A stretch of DNA of 64,000 nucleotides from Macrostomum hystrix (GCA_950097015.1 CATNEN010000039.1:8742001-8806000); one strand, 5' to 3'; counted from the first letter of the stretch, positions 38,031-52,535 are shown. The notes: generated from the sequence alone by a model not told the origin. Numbers and translations: made by a program.

Positions 38031-40460
38031 CGAATATTTTGCTTTCATATATAGCTTAAAAACTGACGTCATGTGCATTATAATACTTTTTAGTCATTAT
38101 AACAATTTTTTTCTGCACAATAAAATCTTAATAGCGTCCAGCTTGAAAGTAGGTACACCTGTCTCCATGACTACCTGCAGCTGGCTAGTGTGTCTCTAAT
38201 TAGCTAAATCATTTGATGGTCTGGGGGACGAATTTAAACAACAATAGAGCGTTGCTGTCGCAGTAAAAATTGAAAAAAGAGCTGCAACAAATTGTGAAAT
38301 TTCAGCAAAGTTCATGCTTAAGCCAGCAGTATATAGCTTTATGATCTTCACTATATAGTATCACTGTACAAGCTCTATGTACCGATTACAATTGTCTGTA
38401 AGCAGATGTTCTGACCAAAACTGCACCTTGATAATCCACCAATAAACACGAGAACAGTCGAATCAGTAGTGACTTCGCAACTATCTTGAGGACTAAATAA
38501 AAAATAAACAGCTAATTAACTTATCGCACAAATCATTAATCATTTTTAGCACTGCAATCAAATAAATTTTTGTTCATGGTTTTATTTAAGCGTACAACTT
38601 AACCTTTGCTTAAGTGTACACAACCTGCACATGTAAAGTCAGATTCAACATTCAAACGATCATAAACAGATTTCTCTTTGTTTTGATCGGGGCTTTGGTT
38701 TCTATGCGACGAAGGTCCGGAAATGCAAAGATCTGCAGCATGGAGACAGGTGAGGTGCAATTATGCGATATGAATCTAGTTTGATTTCCTGTGTTTACTA
38801 AAGACACTTGCTATTTTATAAGAAAGGCCTTTTTGACGGCCATTGTAAAAACTAACTTGATTTAACTAGCCCTAACTGAAGGTGGTGGATGTTAAAATGT
38901 ATGACAATAGCTATAGCTGCGGCTGTGCTGTCGGCTGCACATCTGGCCCAATTGCGGCATAAATTAAAATTTATTATTTTAATACAGAAAAAACACATGC
39001 ATTGCTACCTATCAGTAGCAATTAACGCCGAGTTAGATTCCGTTCAGTTTTGTTTCTTGTCAAGTTCGTCAATGATTATAACGAATTCTGCATTATAAGT
39101 TGTCTTATGCTTGCTAGCTCATTGAGTCACAGCTACAGCCAATGTCTTTAACGATTGGTTTGTCGCTAAAAACGCGTTGCATATATAACTGCAGAAGACG
39201 TCGCAACGGAAAACAGCTGAAATCCTATTTTGCTAGAAAAGCAGCACTAACTCTTACAGTGCATGTGCATTTTCTTTTCATAAAAACAGATGTTAGGTAA
39301 AAGTTGGATTAAGGAGACGATTACCTTAAATGTACGTATCATAAACACACAGCGTGATTTTAATAAACGCGTTGATGTGAAAGCAGAGCAGGATATTAAT
39401 TGATTGTTTAATTACAGGCCTCTGGAAACAATTACTCTTTAAATGGCCCTTCAACCTGCCTGCATATATGCCACATTCTTAAATACGACAACTCTGCTCA
39501 GCAGGATACTTAAGTAACGACACAATTAGCTAACAACTATAATGGTCCTCTCTACCAAATGGATGAATTTGGTTTAGAAAATTGACATTACTCGCTCATA
39601 CTCTATTCCTCGTTTTTCCTTGAAAGTCAGCCTGTTAATAAAGTTATTAGTTTTCTAGGAATCGAGAATTTTTAGCAGTCCTCGCAATCTCTAATACCAC
39701 TCCAACAGTTGACAAATAGCAAAGTACAATTAATTAACGTGGCTACTTCATCAGTTGCCTTTGTATCCAAAAACCGATAGATATGCCGAAATGTTATCTA
39801 AACCGATTGATCGATCCAAACTGATCGATATCCAAACCGATCGATATCCAAACCTTTCTAAGATACGACAACTCTCAGCAGAAAAAATGCGATAGCAAAC
39901 GTGCCGCTGCTCGTGTTGTTGAAGCCAGAATTGTCGTTGCAGAATGAAATACTGGCCTAATGCAAATTAAAAAAATAAAAAATATTAAAATACTTTTTCT
40001 ACAAGAATAAAGCAGTCCTTTTATAGTTTTAACTAGCTAAAGGCCCTTAAAACTAATTATGTATTTGTTTTACACGTAAAATGTTGACATGTCAGCTTTC
40101 TGAATTTTGTTCACCGGCTCACGAATTTAAAGAGGCTAAAGCCCTATTTAACGCTTGCTTGCTGCCTGCCACAAAAATAAGTATACAGCTTCGCTTTTAA
40201 CTTAAAATGAATTTATAAATTGATATTATACGGCATTTCGTATCAAAATTTTAGTAGAAATAAGAAATTTCCGATTTTTTAACTTAGATCTCATTCCTTC
40301 AAAGTCAAACTAAGCCTAAGGGTCTTAGACTAAGGCCTTGTAGAGCCTGAGGCACTGAGGCAAAGCGATTGAAAATTACGACTTGAAGTTTGGGGGTACG
40401 AGTTTGAGTCTACACTTAACTCTGAATTGCTTCGCTGTACCAGTGTACCATGAGTACCAG

Positions 40461-40688
40461 CATACATGCGCAACCTCCCAAATCTTAGCCAGCCGTGCAA
40501 CTTAGTTTTTGCTCTATTTATGACTTAGTTTGCTCTCATTTGCTCTCTTTTTCTCTCCCCTTTTTCCATTTTCTTCACGCCTTCCTTTTTTGTCCCTTGG
40601 TCCCCCTTTGATTTTTTTGCGCTTTGTTTATTGGTTTTGCGACTTACCTTGCTTGGCCCTCATTTCACCCGGCCGGTTCACATGTATG
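40461..40688. mobile_element. MITE (hAT/P-like, 8-bp TSD), copy 1
   Basis: CATACATG termini; flanks agtaccag / tgtaccag (7 of 8 match). Confidence 0.8.
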
Positions 40689-41061
40689 TGTACCAGTACT
40701 AGCTGGGATAATTAAGTGTAGGTGGTGTGACATCCCTCTAGTCAATGGGCTGAACAGCCATATGCAGCCTTCAGGTGTGTGGCACAAAACAAGCACAGTA
40801 GCTGCTGTGTGTGCTATCCTATGACCTTTTGGCTTCACATGTATCCTAATCAGGGCAGGTGTAAACAGTATAATTAAATGTATTGATTTATCATTTTTTA
40901 CTTAGTTACAATTTTTTATGAATACAATTTAATATTTTCTGTGGCCTGAAATTTAGATTTAAATCAAATTGAAAGCAATTCAATTGTTTTGTTTTTATAG
41001 CTAAACTTCTCATATAAAGCATATAAAGCATACTATGTCTACATAGCTATATGATTCAGGC

Positions 41062-41342
41062 CATACATGCGCAACACCCGGCCGACCCAGCCGAACCGGC
41101 CGGGTGAAACGAGGGCCAAGCAAGGTAAGTCGCAAAAACCAATCAACCAAGCGCAAAAAAATCAAAGGGGGGACCAAGGGACAAAAAAGGAAGGCGTGAA
41201 AAAAATGAAAAAGGGGAGAGAAAAAGAGAGCAAATGAGAGCAAACTAAGTCGTAAATAGAGCAATGAAACGAACTAAGTCGCAAATGAGAGCAAAAACTA
41301 AGTCGCACGGCCGGCTAAGATTTGGGAGGTTGTGCATGTATG
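41062..41342. mobile_element. MITE (hAT/P-like, 8-bp TSD), copy 2, inverted relative to copy 1
   Basis: TIR catacatgcgcaac / gttgtgcatgtatg; perfect TSD attcaggc at 41054-41061 and 41343-41350. Confidence 0.88.
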
Positions 41343-42529
41343 ATTCAGGCCATTCAGCCTGCCATGCATGCCATAGTAAATTGCTAATTCTATTTTACTA
41401 AGGGGCCTATGTAATTATTAAGAATATAGGAACAGCAATTTATAGTGTTGGCCAGGATAGGCCTACAAGTTAAGGATTTACAGATAGGACAAGTTTTATA
41501 GATATATTGATTTATTAAATAATTAGGCATATTAATTACAGATTAGAATTATATAAATATTCTGTTAAGAAGTAAATTTTCTAAATTGCTTGCTAATAAC
41601 CTAAGAAAATTTGTCCACTCTGCCTCAAATTCTACCTTTTAATGTAAACACACATCAAGGCAAAGGAAGCCCCTTAAATTTTCCACCTCAAGTTCTGACT
41701 AGATAATTATTATAGGTATGAGTCTTTTTGCTGCCAAGTTGTTTCAGTGACAGTCATTTCGGGGAGAAATGGTTGTTTTGGTGACAGGGCATTAATTGGG
41801 GCTAGTAATAAATTTTTTCTACAATTATAACATAGTTTTTTGCAGTTTCATCTTTGTTTTAATGAACATATTCCACATGAGCCCAGTGTACATGTACATT
41901 ATTCTGTACATTAAATTCCAAGTGATGTCCTAAGTTCTGCTAGATTGAGATTTATGTTGATTTAGTATTTAGGATTGCCACAATGATAAAATGTAAATAA
42001 TTTTCACAAAACAATTAGTTTACAATCTAAATCAAAAGTAATTCAATTGAAACATAAGTAAACAAATTAAGATATATATATTTTAAAGTAGCATCAAGCT
42101 AAAAAGTAACAAAACATTAAAAGTACAATAAAGGCACAAAGCTAAAAAGTTATTGTCCATTGTCAGCTGACAGCTGAAACTGCAGCAGGGGCATAAAAAG
42201 GGGCACAAAAAACCACAAGCACACAGAAGACCAATTGTATTGAGGCTGCAATTACAATATCTGCTCCAGAGTTGGCCCTGCATGGCTCTATTGGTGCCTC
42301 TGGACACATTTCAGTGCCCCCTGCAACAAAATTTGCAAATGCAAAGGCAGCAGCAGAGCCTCTTGGTGCAGCAGTTAAACCAACAGGTAGAACTGGATGT
42401 TGCTTCACTGTGCTTTGTGTTGAAAGCAGCAATTGTAACCTTCAAGGTTATTGTTAGTCCAGATGGCTTGTTGGTAGACCCTCAGAAGGGGTCCAGACAG
42501 TTCTCTGCAGCCATGTATGTCAAACAAGT

Positions 42530-43630
42530 CAACTAGTTGTTGGGCATCCATTGACTGCTGCAGGTTGTCTAGAGCTGACTCCATATCCTCTGCTCAAAGA
42601 AATGGCAAGGCCAGTACCTTCCAACATGGCAAGTCCTAATTGCACTGTTAGTAACTCAAAACAATATATTAAAATATATAGATGCCATGATATCAGAACA
42701 ATCATCATGGCATTGTTGCAGCTGTTGCAGAGACGTGTTTGTGAGATGTAGATCAGAAAACTACTACATAAGCTCATGAATGATGAAATCTTGATTTCCA
42801 TACTGTTCTTCAAGAGTAGCCAATGCCAAATGGTAATTGGCAGCAGTAATTGCAAATCCCCGAATCAAAGATCGAGCCAATTCAGAAAGAGAGTCAAGTA
42901 GTTAAATTTGTATATGTCAGACAGATGTAGATTGGAATCAATTGACGACAAAGACTTATCCCAGAAGGACTGCTATTCAGAGATGGAGCCATCAAAGACT
43001 AAAATAGGCTGTTTGGGCAATTTAACATCTTAGGTTGTCTGAGCTCTGGAGGATCCAAGGATTAAGCACCAGAAGGCAGAAATTTAACTAGCAATTTGAT
43101 TGTCTGCTTAGCTCTAACAGAGTAATTTTGGCTTTGTTCTTGTTCCTCATCTAGCTTGTCTTCATAGACAGCAAGTTCAACCTTATTGTCAAAGTTGTTT
43201 AACTGCTCGTGCTTACTTTTCAGCACCTTGAGAACCGCTTCAGCCTCCACAACAACCTTTGAATCAAACTGTGATCCCTTAGCTAGAATGGCTTTGGCTC
43301 TAGAGATGGCTTTGGACAGACTTGATTGAACTATGCCATGCCTGTGAATTAAGTTGGCTAACTCTTCCTTCAACATGACTGAACTGGAGATTGCACTGGA
43401 CCCAAATCTCTAGACGACAGAGGAGCGGAATGCAGAGAGAATGACCATTAACGGGAACTGGAGTGAATGAGTGAAAATGAGAGTTCGCACTGAGTAATTA
43501 AAAGTCACAATGGCAGAGACCATAGTCCCGGAGTGAGAGCCATAACACAAAACTGAAAGAGCCACAACAGGAGACTAAGAGCCACAACAAGAGACTGAAA
43601 GAGCCACAAGCAGACGTTGATACCAAAGGT
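42530..43630 (-). pseudogene. BEL/Pao LTR retrotransposon gag relic
   Basis: coiled-coil ORF 43376-43062 followed by VKLPKQPILVFDGSISE*QSFWD...LSDIYKFNYL, the DUF1759-type BEL gag motif; many stops; boundaries approximate. Confidence 0.7.
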
Positions 43631-44187
43631 GAAGATCATGTGTTACAAGATGCACTAAGTTGATGGTTCTTTTTCATTGGGTGCCATGTAGCGATTTCTT
43701 AGGCAATAAATTGATTCTGCAGTAGGATCCCATCTATACAGCAGTGTGCCCTTTCAGGCCAAGAGTCAAATATATTTAACTTTCACCAAGCAATACGGAA
43801 GGGGGTTGGTTAGAAGGGTAACATGTGCAAGAACAGGCCAGAGGGTAAGACATGAAATGCAGGGAAAGGAAAGAAAGACAAGTCAAGAGCCAATCAAAGC
43901 CAAGAGAGAAAATTAGGTTAATAAATAAATTGAACAGGCAGGGGGAGAGAGGAGAGAGTACATTAAGAGGGCATGTGAAATAGCAAAACAATGAGAATGT
44001 TATCACATTCAGATTATCAGATTATCACAAACTAAATGTCACCAAAATGACTTTTGCTTGTCACCAAAATGACAGCCACCAAAATGTCCTGTGACCAAAA
44101 TGACTGTAATCCATTATAAGTAATATCAACTGAGTATACCCCTAGTAAAGTTTGACACATAATGCCATTATGGATTTTAGTCACAAT

Positions 44188-44415
44188 CTATTGATTTTGA
44201 GACCTCATTTCCAGTTGGTGGATTCTGCCTTGAATTCCACCTTGATAATCATATATAATACTTGGATGTTTCTAAGGTTTATTTGTATTATGTAGTACTT
44301 TTTACTATTACTATTATTATTTTTATTATATTTATTATTGACCTAATTGCATTATTAAACAAGAAATAAATGAGGCTGAATCCTCCAACCAGAAGTGAGC
44401 TCTCAAAATCAGTAG
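44188..44415. mobile_element. MITE-like element with ~40-bp imperfect TIRs and AT-rich core
   Basis: gattttgagacctcatttccagttggtggattctgcct ... aggctgaatcctccaaccagaagtgagctctcaaaatc. Confidence 0.6.
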
Positions 44416-46636
44416 GCCCCTGCTACTTCTGCACTTTAATTGCTTGACCTTCTTCCATTCTGATCTTAACTGTTTCTCATCTTGTTTCAATGCTATTTCT
44501 AGGCTTACCCTATGTGTTTAGGCTTGCTCACCCAAGTGTTTCTCTCACATTATAGTGTTTTATGTTTTATGATTTATCACTAAATAGGATCCTTCACCAG
44601 ATTTGGTTGTCTTATTTATGTAATAACCATGTGATCTAATATCTGTTTTAGAAAAGGTTGGTTATTTTTGCTTGGACAAATAAATAATTTGTTTATTATT
44701 TATGTTTATTATGCTTGTGCCAACCCTTCTTCTAGTCTATGGACTGAATAGCTATCAATTCAAGTTGACAGTGGGTATATTTTAGAGCAAGTTTCTATAA
44801 AAGAGCAAGGAGAAAATGACTTAAACTAAAAAAGAAGACCTGTTTTGCAGAATTTTAGCATTAACACACTAAGAACAAGACTAGCTATGGTCTCAGTTTT
44901 AATTCATTTTAAAATTTAAAGTTTCAACTTGGAAACAATAATGTATTGCCAGAAATGCACTACTAGGAGATGTATGATTTCAAAATTCTAATCAAGATCA
45001 CTTTTCAAAGCCTGCTTCAAAGTCCATGAGCTCATTTTCACAGCAAGGCCACGTTAATTATGGTTGTAGGGGATTCAACTTATGTCACCAAATTATGAGC
45101 CACTAAATAAATGTTAATTTATTTGTTGAAACTGTGCTACAAGAAGAGTATTCACCTAGCTGTAAAATGCATATTGACATCAGCTGGGTCGAAATTTAGG
45201 TGCATCTGCCGACCCTCCTTCCAGTCCATGGACTGAATAGCTAGCTGTACACAGCATTTAGAATTTAGATGCAACTGTCCCACTGGCTGTACACCTGGCC
45301 CACTTTTTTGTCAATTAAAAATTTATTATTACTGACTCTTGAAAGCTTTGAATTTTGAGATCATGTGTAGTTTCTACTTAAAAGCTTAATCAACAAATGT
45401 TTCATGCCTTAAAAACATGTTTTTCCTATAAAACTGTAGTTTTACCCCTGCATGACTAATCTAAGATTCTTTAAAGCAACTGGTATGAAAACACTGAGTA
45501 ATGAGCTCTACGCAAAAAAAGAATTGTAAATGCTTGATGATCATTCTAACCTGTTTGTGCCTTCTGTTATCTCTTCAGTTCTGCTCTAAAAATGCAACAT
45601 AGATTACACCGTTTCAAGGCTGCTTCCTGTCCTGTCCCTGTTTCTGCTTTCTTTTTCCTGTTTTTACCCCCTATTTCTTTGCTGGCTGACACTCCAGATT
45701 AAGCTCAGCCACATTTTCTCCTCATCTCCTCTCTCCCAAATATGGGCATCCCGAATCTGCGCCTGACATACAGGCAGATGTGCTCAAGAGTGCTCAAGAG
45801 GGGTACACAGAGGGGTCCGCTGTGCTATTTTTAGTTTCCTCATCAGGTCAGAATCGAAATCAGTCCTTATTGGCTTTTGTGAAAATCGCTACACGCTCTG
45901 TCGATAATGTAACAGAGTTTATATTCTTTGTTTAAGAAGCTATTTCGAACGTGTTCAAATTCCTGCTCAATGCCTTATTCAGATAAGGTTAGTTGCTTGC
46001 GTTATCCAATGCCAGGCAGTTGAATAGTCACGTTACTGTACGTGTTTTGATAAATGTTTGTGTCCGCGTGAGTAGTAATTTGTGTGAACTTTAATAAATC
46101 TGAGCTGATAAATCTAACTTCGGAGCACAGCTGTTAGTTACTTTTATACTGTTCTTTAACTTTTACTTTTCGGTTTATTTCAGTGGCTGTTAAGCTTGCT
46201 GTGCAGATGTCTGACAAAACCTTTTCGCTCGACTTCTCTCTCTGATTGAGTCTTGGCTGTTTCTTAATTTTGCCACTTTTTGAGCAAACCAAGAGCTTTA
46301 TGGTGTCAGTGTCGATGGTTCGAAAATTAGATAACAACCGAAAAAAATCGAATGCTTAAACTAAAACAACAATTCCGATTCCCAAATTTTGTACGGAATT
46401 TATTTTTGTAAAAAATTGAATCCTAAATAATCTAAGGGGCGTCACAATCTCAAGTGTACCAACTTCAAGCTTACTTAGTTTTTTGGCACAATTTTTGCAG
46501 TTACTTTCGTAATTTTTGCACCATACTGCGCCCAGCCATGAAAATAAATTATATAAGGAAGTTTGTTAAATGGCTCAAAGTCAAATTCCTAACAACCGTT
46601 TCAGCTTTAATAAGCTTGAAGATAATTAAGAGAAAA

Positions 46637-48452
46637 ATGGATCACGATCACTCGAAAATGATTAAATCTTCTGGGTCAAATAATAACGCTATGTCCATGC
46701 CAGGCATGGCTAGCAATGGATCTGGTCACATGATGATGGTGAGAAGATCCTCATATCGTTCGCACATTCATAAATTCTCCCAGATCCTCAAATATTTTAC
46801 AGATCCTCAAATTCTTTACTGATCCTCAAATCCTGTACAGATTCTCAAATCCTTTACTGATCCTCAAATCCTGTACAGATTCTCAAATCCTTTACACATC
46901 CTCAAATCCTGTACAGATCCTCAAATCCTTTACAGATCCTCAAATCCTTTACAGATCCTCAAATCATTTACAGATCCTCAAATCCTTTACAGATCCTCAA
47001 ATCCTTTACAGATCCTCAAATACTTTACAGATCCTCAAATACTTTACAGATCCTCAAATCCTTTGCAGATCCTCAAATCCCTGGCAGAATCTCGAATCAT
47101 CATATCTTTTTTTACCATCATCAAAGTCATCTAAATTCTTGTCCAGCCATCTAAAAATGTCATACTTGGCGCCACTTTTCATTACAGATGTATTTCCACA
47201 CCATGCTAAGCGATTACGTTCTATTCAAGCCATTACTTGTCAACACTGCTGGTGGTAAGAGCCTGCGGATTTTGCTTTGTTCTCGCTAATATACGCGTAT
47301 TACGTGTTATAAAGGCAAACTGGGTAGCCAGTTTGTTTATAGTCTACTAAAAACACGAAACCCCGAGCGTTGCCCTGCCTTTTAGTAATAAAATTCTGCT
47401 GAAGTACTTTAAAAGATTAATGGTTTGAATTTAGACGCATGCATAGAGAAAATTATAAATTCCGTTTTTTGCTAATTTGACTACTTAAAGTAGAGCGCAT
47501 CGTTTTTATGCTCCAATATATGTGTTTTTAAGTGTTTCTTATAAATAATATATTTCAACCTACACCGAATTCCGTCTACCAGCCATGATTGGCGCCTGCA
47601 TTGTGATCTTCATTTTGGCTCTGCTGTATGAAGGCTTGAAGGTTCTGCGTGAGCGCCTTCTCATTGCTGGTACACTGAGTCGTCGAAATGGTCGCTCATC
47701 AGCCAACTTTGTGCCCGATGGCACCCAGCCTGAGACCTACGTGCCCAAGGGCCGGTGAGGACTCGGCGCTTTGCTTGAGAATCGAAATTGCGATGGATTG
47801 CTAGTCTAGACAGTTAGATGCACATGAGAAGAATGGATTGCTAGTCTAGTCAGTTAGATGCACATGAGAAGAATGGATTGCTAGTCTAGTCAGTTAGATG
47901 CACATGAGAAGAATGGATTGCTAGTCTAGTCAGTTAGATGCACATGAGAAGAATGGATTGCTAGTCTAGTCAGTTAGATGCACATGAGAAGAATGGATTG
48001 CTAGTCTAGTCAGTTAGATGCACATGAGAAGAATGGATTGCTAGTCTAGTCAGTTAGATGCCCATGAGAAGAATGGATTGCTAGTCTAGTCAGTTAGATG
48101 CACATGAGAAGAATGGATTGCTAGTCTAGTCAGTTAGATGCACATGAGAAGAATGGATTGCTAGTCTAGTCAGTTAGATGCCCATGAGAAGAATGGATTG
48201 CTAGTCTATGCTGTTAAAGCAGGTGCAAACAATCCCTTCGCCCGCAGTGACCTGTCCATGCTGTCGCGAGCTCACGCAATTCAGACCCTGCTGCACGCGG
48301 TGCAGATTACCCTGTCGTATTTGCTGATGTTAGTGTTTATGACCTACTCTGTGTGGCTGTGCCTGGCTGTGGTCCTTGGCTCCACGGTCGGCTATTTTCT
48401 GTTCGGCTGGCTTCGCCGCACCACTATTGATATCTCTGAGCACTGCCACTGA
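46637..48452 (+). CDS. CTR1: high-affinity copper transporter CTR1/SLC31A1; exons 46637-46738, 47188-47254, 47583-47754, 48248-48452
   Basis: His/Met-rich N-terminus MDHDH..HMMM|MYFH, LYEGLK, MLVFM (MxxxM), GSTVG (GxxxG), C-terminal HCH; phase-consistent GT-AG introns. Confidence 0.95.
46780..47085. repeat. 19-bp minisatellite in CTR1 intron 1
   Basis: agatcctcaaatcctttac. Confidence 0.9.
47794..48208. repeat. 40-bp minisatellite (~10 copies) in CTR1 intron 3
   Basis: tggattgctagtctagtcagttagatgcacatgagaagaa. Confidence 0.95.
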
Positions 48453-48802
48453 GTCCCAGAGACAGACGGACAGTTCGCTATGACCTAGCGAGTGCTGGAG
48501 TCAAATTGATTGGACGCAGCAAATCGTGTGAAGCCAGCCATGTACTCGGAAGTTATTGTCCTGTCTGTCTGTCAGTGTTTATTTCACAAATATCTAATGC
48601 AAATTAAACTCGGATTTTATTGTATTCATATTCTTTTTGTTTTCTTTAAAAAAATCTTGTTTTTGTTTCAATTCGATATTGTGTCTGATTTGGTCTGTCT
48701 GGTAGGCGAAAATTATTGGAGCAATTAGTCAAGTTAGGATTTATTTCAGAATTCTATGAATATAATGAGTTAATGTAGAAAGGAGTAGCCAACGAGCGAG
48801 AG

Positions 48803-49385
48803 ATAGGGGAGAATGGCATTTTATAGATGGGGAGAATGGCATTTTATAGATGGGTGAATGGCATTTTATAGATGGGGAGAATGGCATTTTATAGATGGGG
48901 TGAATGGCATTTTATAGATGGGGAGAATGGCATTTTATAGATGGGGAGAATGGCATTGTATAGATGGGGAGAGTGGAAATGTATAGATGGGGAGAATGGC
49001 ATTGTATAGATGGGGAGAGTGGCATTGTATAGATGGGGAGAGTGGAAATGTATAGATTGGGAGAGTAGAAATGTATAGATGGGGAGAATGGCATTGTATA
49101 GATGGGGAGAGTGGAAATGTATAAATGGGGAGAGTGGCAGTAGACAGGGGGAGAGTAGCAGTAGACAGGGGGAGAGTGGCAGTAGACAGGGGGAGAGTGG
49201 CAGTAGACAGTAGGAGAACGGCAGGAGACAGGGGGAGAGTGGCAGTAGACAGGGGGGAGAGTGGCAGTAGACGGGGGTGAGTGGCAGTAAACAGGGGGTT
49301 GAGTGGCAGTAGACAGGGGGTTGAGTGGCAGTAGACAAGGGAGAGTGGCAGTAGACACAGTAGGAGAACGGCAGGAGACAGGGGG
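48803..49385. repeat. graded G-rich 22-24-bp minisatellite
   Basis: atagatggggagaatggcatttt grading into gtagacagggggagagtggca. Confidence 0.88.
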
Positions 49386-49774
49386 CCAATAGAGTGACAG
49401 TAGATAAGAAAAGTACCAAGCAGCAAGCCCTATAAAAGCATCAAGCAAACTTGTAGGCTAGAGCATTATGCTGCCAATATCAGAATGCCAATTCACGCAC
49501 CATTGATTGATCAAAATCAAGTCATTACATTTATGAGTTCCGTGTAACCCCATTTGTTGTTCCTTTATTTTAACTTCGACCTGCTAGTAGAGCAATGCGC
49601 AATATTATCTGGTTTTATTGTTCTGTAGATTTTTCTCGCTTATACTTAGTTTCACTCGGATCATTCCTGTTTTATAGGCCAGTACAATCCGGCACCTTTG
49701 GGAACTGCTTCCTCTGGTGATTTAGGGCAGTTTTTTTATGCGCTGATCGACTCATTTCTTGTCAGGTTTGCTGA

Positions 49775-50248
49775 CCTTAATTTCCCTCTCCTCTTCATTT
49801 CTCCCACCTTAATTTCCCTCTCCTCTTCATTTCTCCCACCTTAATTTCCCTCTCCTCTTCATTTCTCCCACCTTAATTTCCCTCTCCTCTTCATTTCTCC
49901 CACCTTAATTTCCCTCTCCTCTTCATTTCTCCCACCTTAATTTCCCTCTTCTCTTCATTTCTCCCACCTTAATTTCCCTCTCCTCTTCTTTTCTCCCACC
50001 TTAATTTCCCTCTCCTCTTCATTTCTCCCACCTTAATTTCCCTCTCCTCTTCATTTCTCCCACCTTAATTTCCCTCTTCTCTTCATTTCTCCCACCTTAA
50101 TTTCCCTCTCCTCTTCTTTTCTCCCACCTTAATTTCCCTCTCCTCTTCATTTCTCCCACCTTAATTTCCCTCTCCTCTTCATTTCTTCCACCTTAATTTC
50201 CCTCTCCTCTTCATTTCTTCCACCTTAATTTCCCTCTCCTCTTCATTT
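49775..50248. repeat. 32-bp pyrimidine-rich minisatellite (~15 copies)
   Basis: ccttaatttccctctcctcttcatttctccca. Confidence 0.93.
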
Positions 50249-51267
50249 CAACCCTTTCTGATATCGTTCTCCCCTTTTCTCCCCTCCAATTTGATTATCT
50301 CCTTCATTTTTCCCCTTCAGATTACCTTCTCCCCTTATTTCTCCCCTTCCACTTTCCTTTTGTCCTTTAATTCTCCCATCTACTAATTGGGTTAAGTTTC
50401 CTCTTCCATTTCAGTTACATATTGAATTCAGAGCAAACAATAAACTTTAACAATGTGGGTGTTAATAATTCAGTTACAAGCTGAATTATTTGTTAAGGGA
50501 GTTTAACTAGTATTTGCCCTTTGTTGTTTAGAACTGATGTTTTTAGCAAAGCTATTATAACGATTGTTTCACGCATACACATTGAGATTCTCTTTTGTTA
50601 ATTTTCTATTGTTCTAATAAAATGGCACCTTTTATTCAAGCATGCTTGCGTCAGTGATTTGTCAGTGGCTTTGTTTAAAACACTCTTTGTGTTTGAGTTG
50701 AGTAGCTGATTCTGAGTGATTGTTATAGCAATAAGCATCTTAGCCTAATAGCATATTGGCTAGTTATAAAAACTTGATTGTGTCTCAGCTCTGTGTTGTT
50801 CATTGTGTTTAATGCTTTGATTTCAAAATAATTAAAATAAAATAATCAGTTTCATCATTCGTCTTCTTGTTTTGATTAAAAATGTGTCGTTGAGTTACAT
50901 TTTTGCGAATAAATTCTGCTTTAGCAGGTATCATTTTAATGCGAGTGGCTATAATAGCTCGTATTTTAGCTAAATAGATTTCTGTTGTAATCGTATCTGA
51001 AATATAAAACAAAGTTGAGCAAAAATTATAATCGCAAACAGCGACTTGTTCTCAATTTGAGGCTTTCATTCTATAATTGTTTTTCTTCACCAAATATTTG
51101 CAGTGTTTGTTTCATCGTTTCATTTCTGCTATCAAATTGTGCCGCATTGCAGAAATTATTGCTTCGAAATGCTTTACAATGTCTCATGGGATCAGGTACA
51201 TATCCTGTATCAGGTAAATACAGGAAAATAGTGCAAAGGATTCTGCAACACATAAAGGATGACAGGG

Positions 51268-51912
51268 ATGAGATTCTAGCTTAATGGGAACATTGCTAGT
51301 TAGTGAGATTCTAGCTTAATTGGAACATTGCTAGTTAGTGAGATTTTAGCTTAATGGGAACATTGCTAGTTAGTGAGATTTTAGCTAAATGGGAGCATTG
51401 CTAGTTAGTGAGATTCTAGCTAAATGGGAACATTGCTAGTTAGTGAGATTCTAGCTTAATGGGAACATTGCTAGTTAGTGAGATTTTAGCTTAATGGGAA
51501 CATTGCTAGTTAGTGAGATTCTAGCTTAATGGGAACATTGCTAGTTAGTGAGATTCTAGCTTAATGGGAACATTGCTAGTTAGTGAGATTCTAGCTTAAT
51601 GGGAACATTGCTAGTTAGTGAGATTCTAGCTAAATGGGAGCATTGCTAGTTAGTGAGATTCTAGCTTAATGGGAACATTGCTAATTAGTGAGATTCTAGC
51701 TTAATGGGAACATTGCTAGTTAGTGAGATTCTAGCTTAATGGGAACATTGCTAGTTAGTGAGATTCTAGCTTAATGGGAACATTGCTAGTTAGTGAGATT
51801 CTAGCTTAATGGGAACATTGCTAGTTAGTGAGATTCTAGCTTAATGGGAACATTGCTAGTTAGTGAGATTCTATCTTCATGGGAACATTGCTAATGGGTG
51901 AGATTCTAACTT
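51268..51912. repeat. 35-bp minisatellite (~18 copies)
   Basis: gagattctagcttaatgggaacattgctagttagt. Confidence 0.95.
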
Positions 51913-52535
51913 CTAGTAGTATATAAATCCAAAAAAAATGTGTAGATAAATTTTTAAGGCGACTTGGCAAAAATATCAAAGCGCTATTGCATATAAATTA
52001 AAATATTTTGTTTATTTGAACACCTTTCTTTTCTAATCTCTTCAGTGCCTGCTCTTCCATCTGTTTTGTTTGTCTTAAGGTGCTATTTCTTAGAAAAAGT
52101 TCTACCTCCTGATCCGTGTGATTTTAGCAAAAGTTGAGCAAACGCACCGCCACCTAAACAGACATTCATACATTTATATAAGCACTTTCCACACATTCCA
52201 CTTGGATTGGCAGGCAGGTGGATTTGCTGGTAGATTGTGATAGAAATACTTGTCACTCATCTTTGCCTTGCCTAATGATCCCAGTCAATTCTTCAATACT
52301 TCTTCAAGCCCTCTGGCGTGCATTCGCTCAATTGCAGAATTGGCATAACAGTTTTTTTTCCTGGATTCTATCATTTACATCACACCCTTATTAACATCAT
52401 TATCGTAATTATCAACGCCTCGCCTTTTTATGCATCGATGAGTTGGCGATAATGCTGGGATCACTATTACTAAGTCTGAAGCGTTAAAAGTGAGATTGCT
52501 ACTTTATTGCGTCTAACATATATTCTAATCTTGTG

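Noticed and set aside
43605-43630. TGGTATCAACG (minus strand) as PBS of the BEL relic
   Set aside because: Plausible position, but no clear LTR end or tRNA match could be established
47794-51912. 32-40-bp arrays resembling CRISPR repeats
   Set aside because: Head-to-tail with no unique spacers, no cas genes, eukaryotic context
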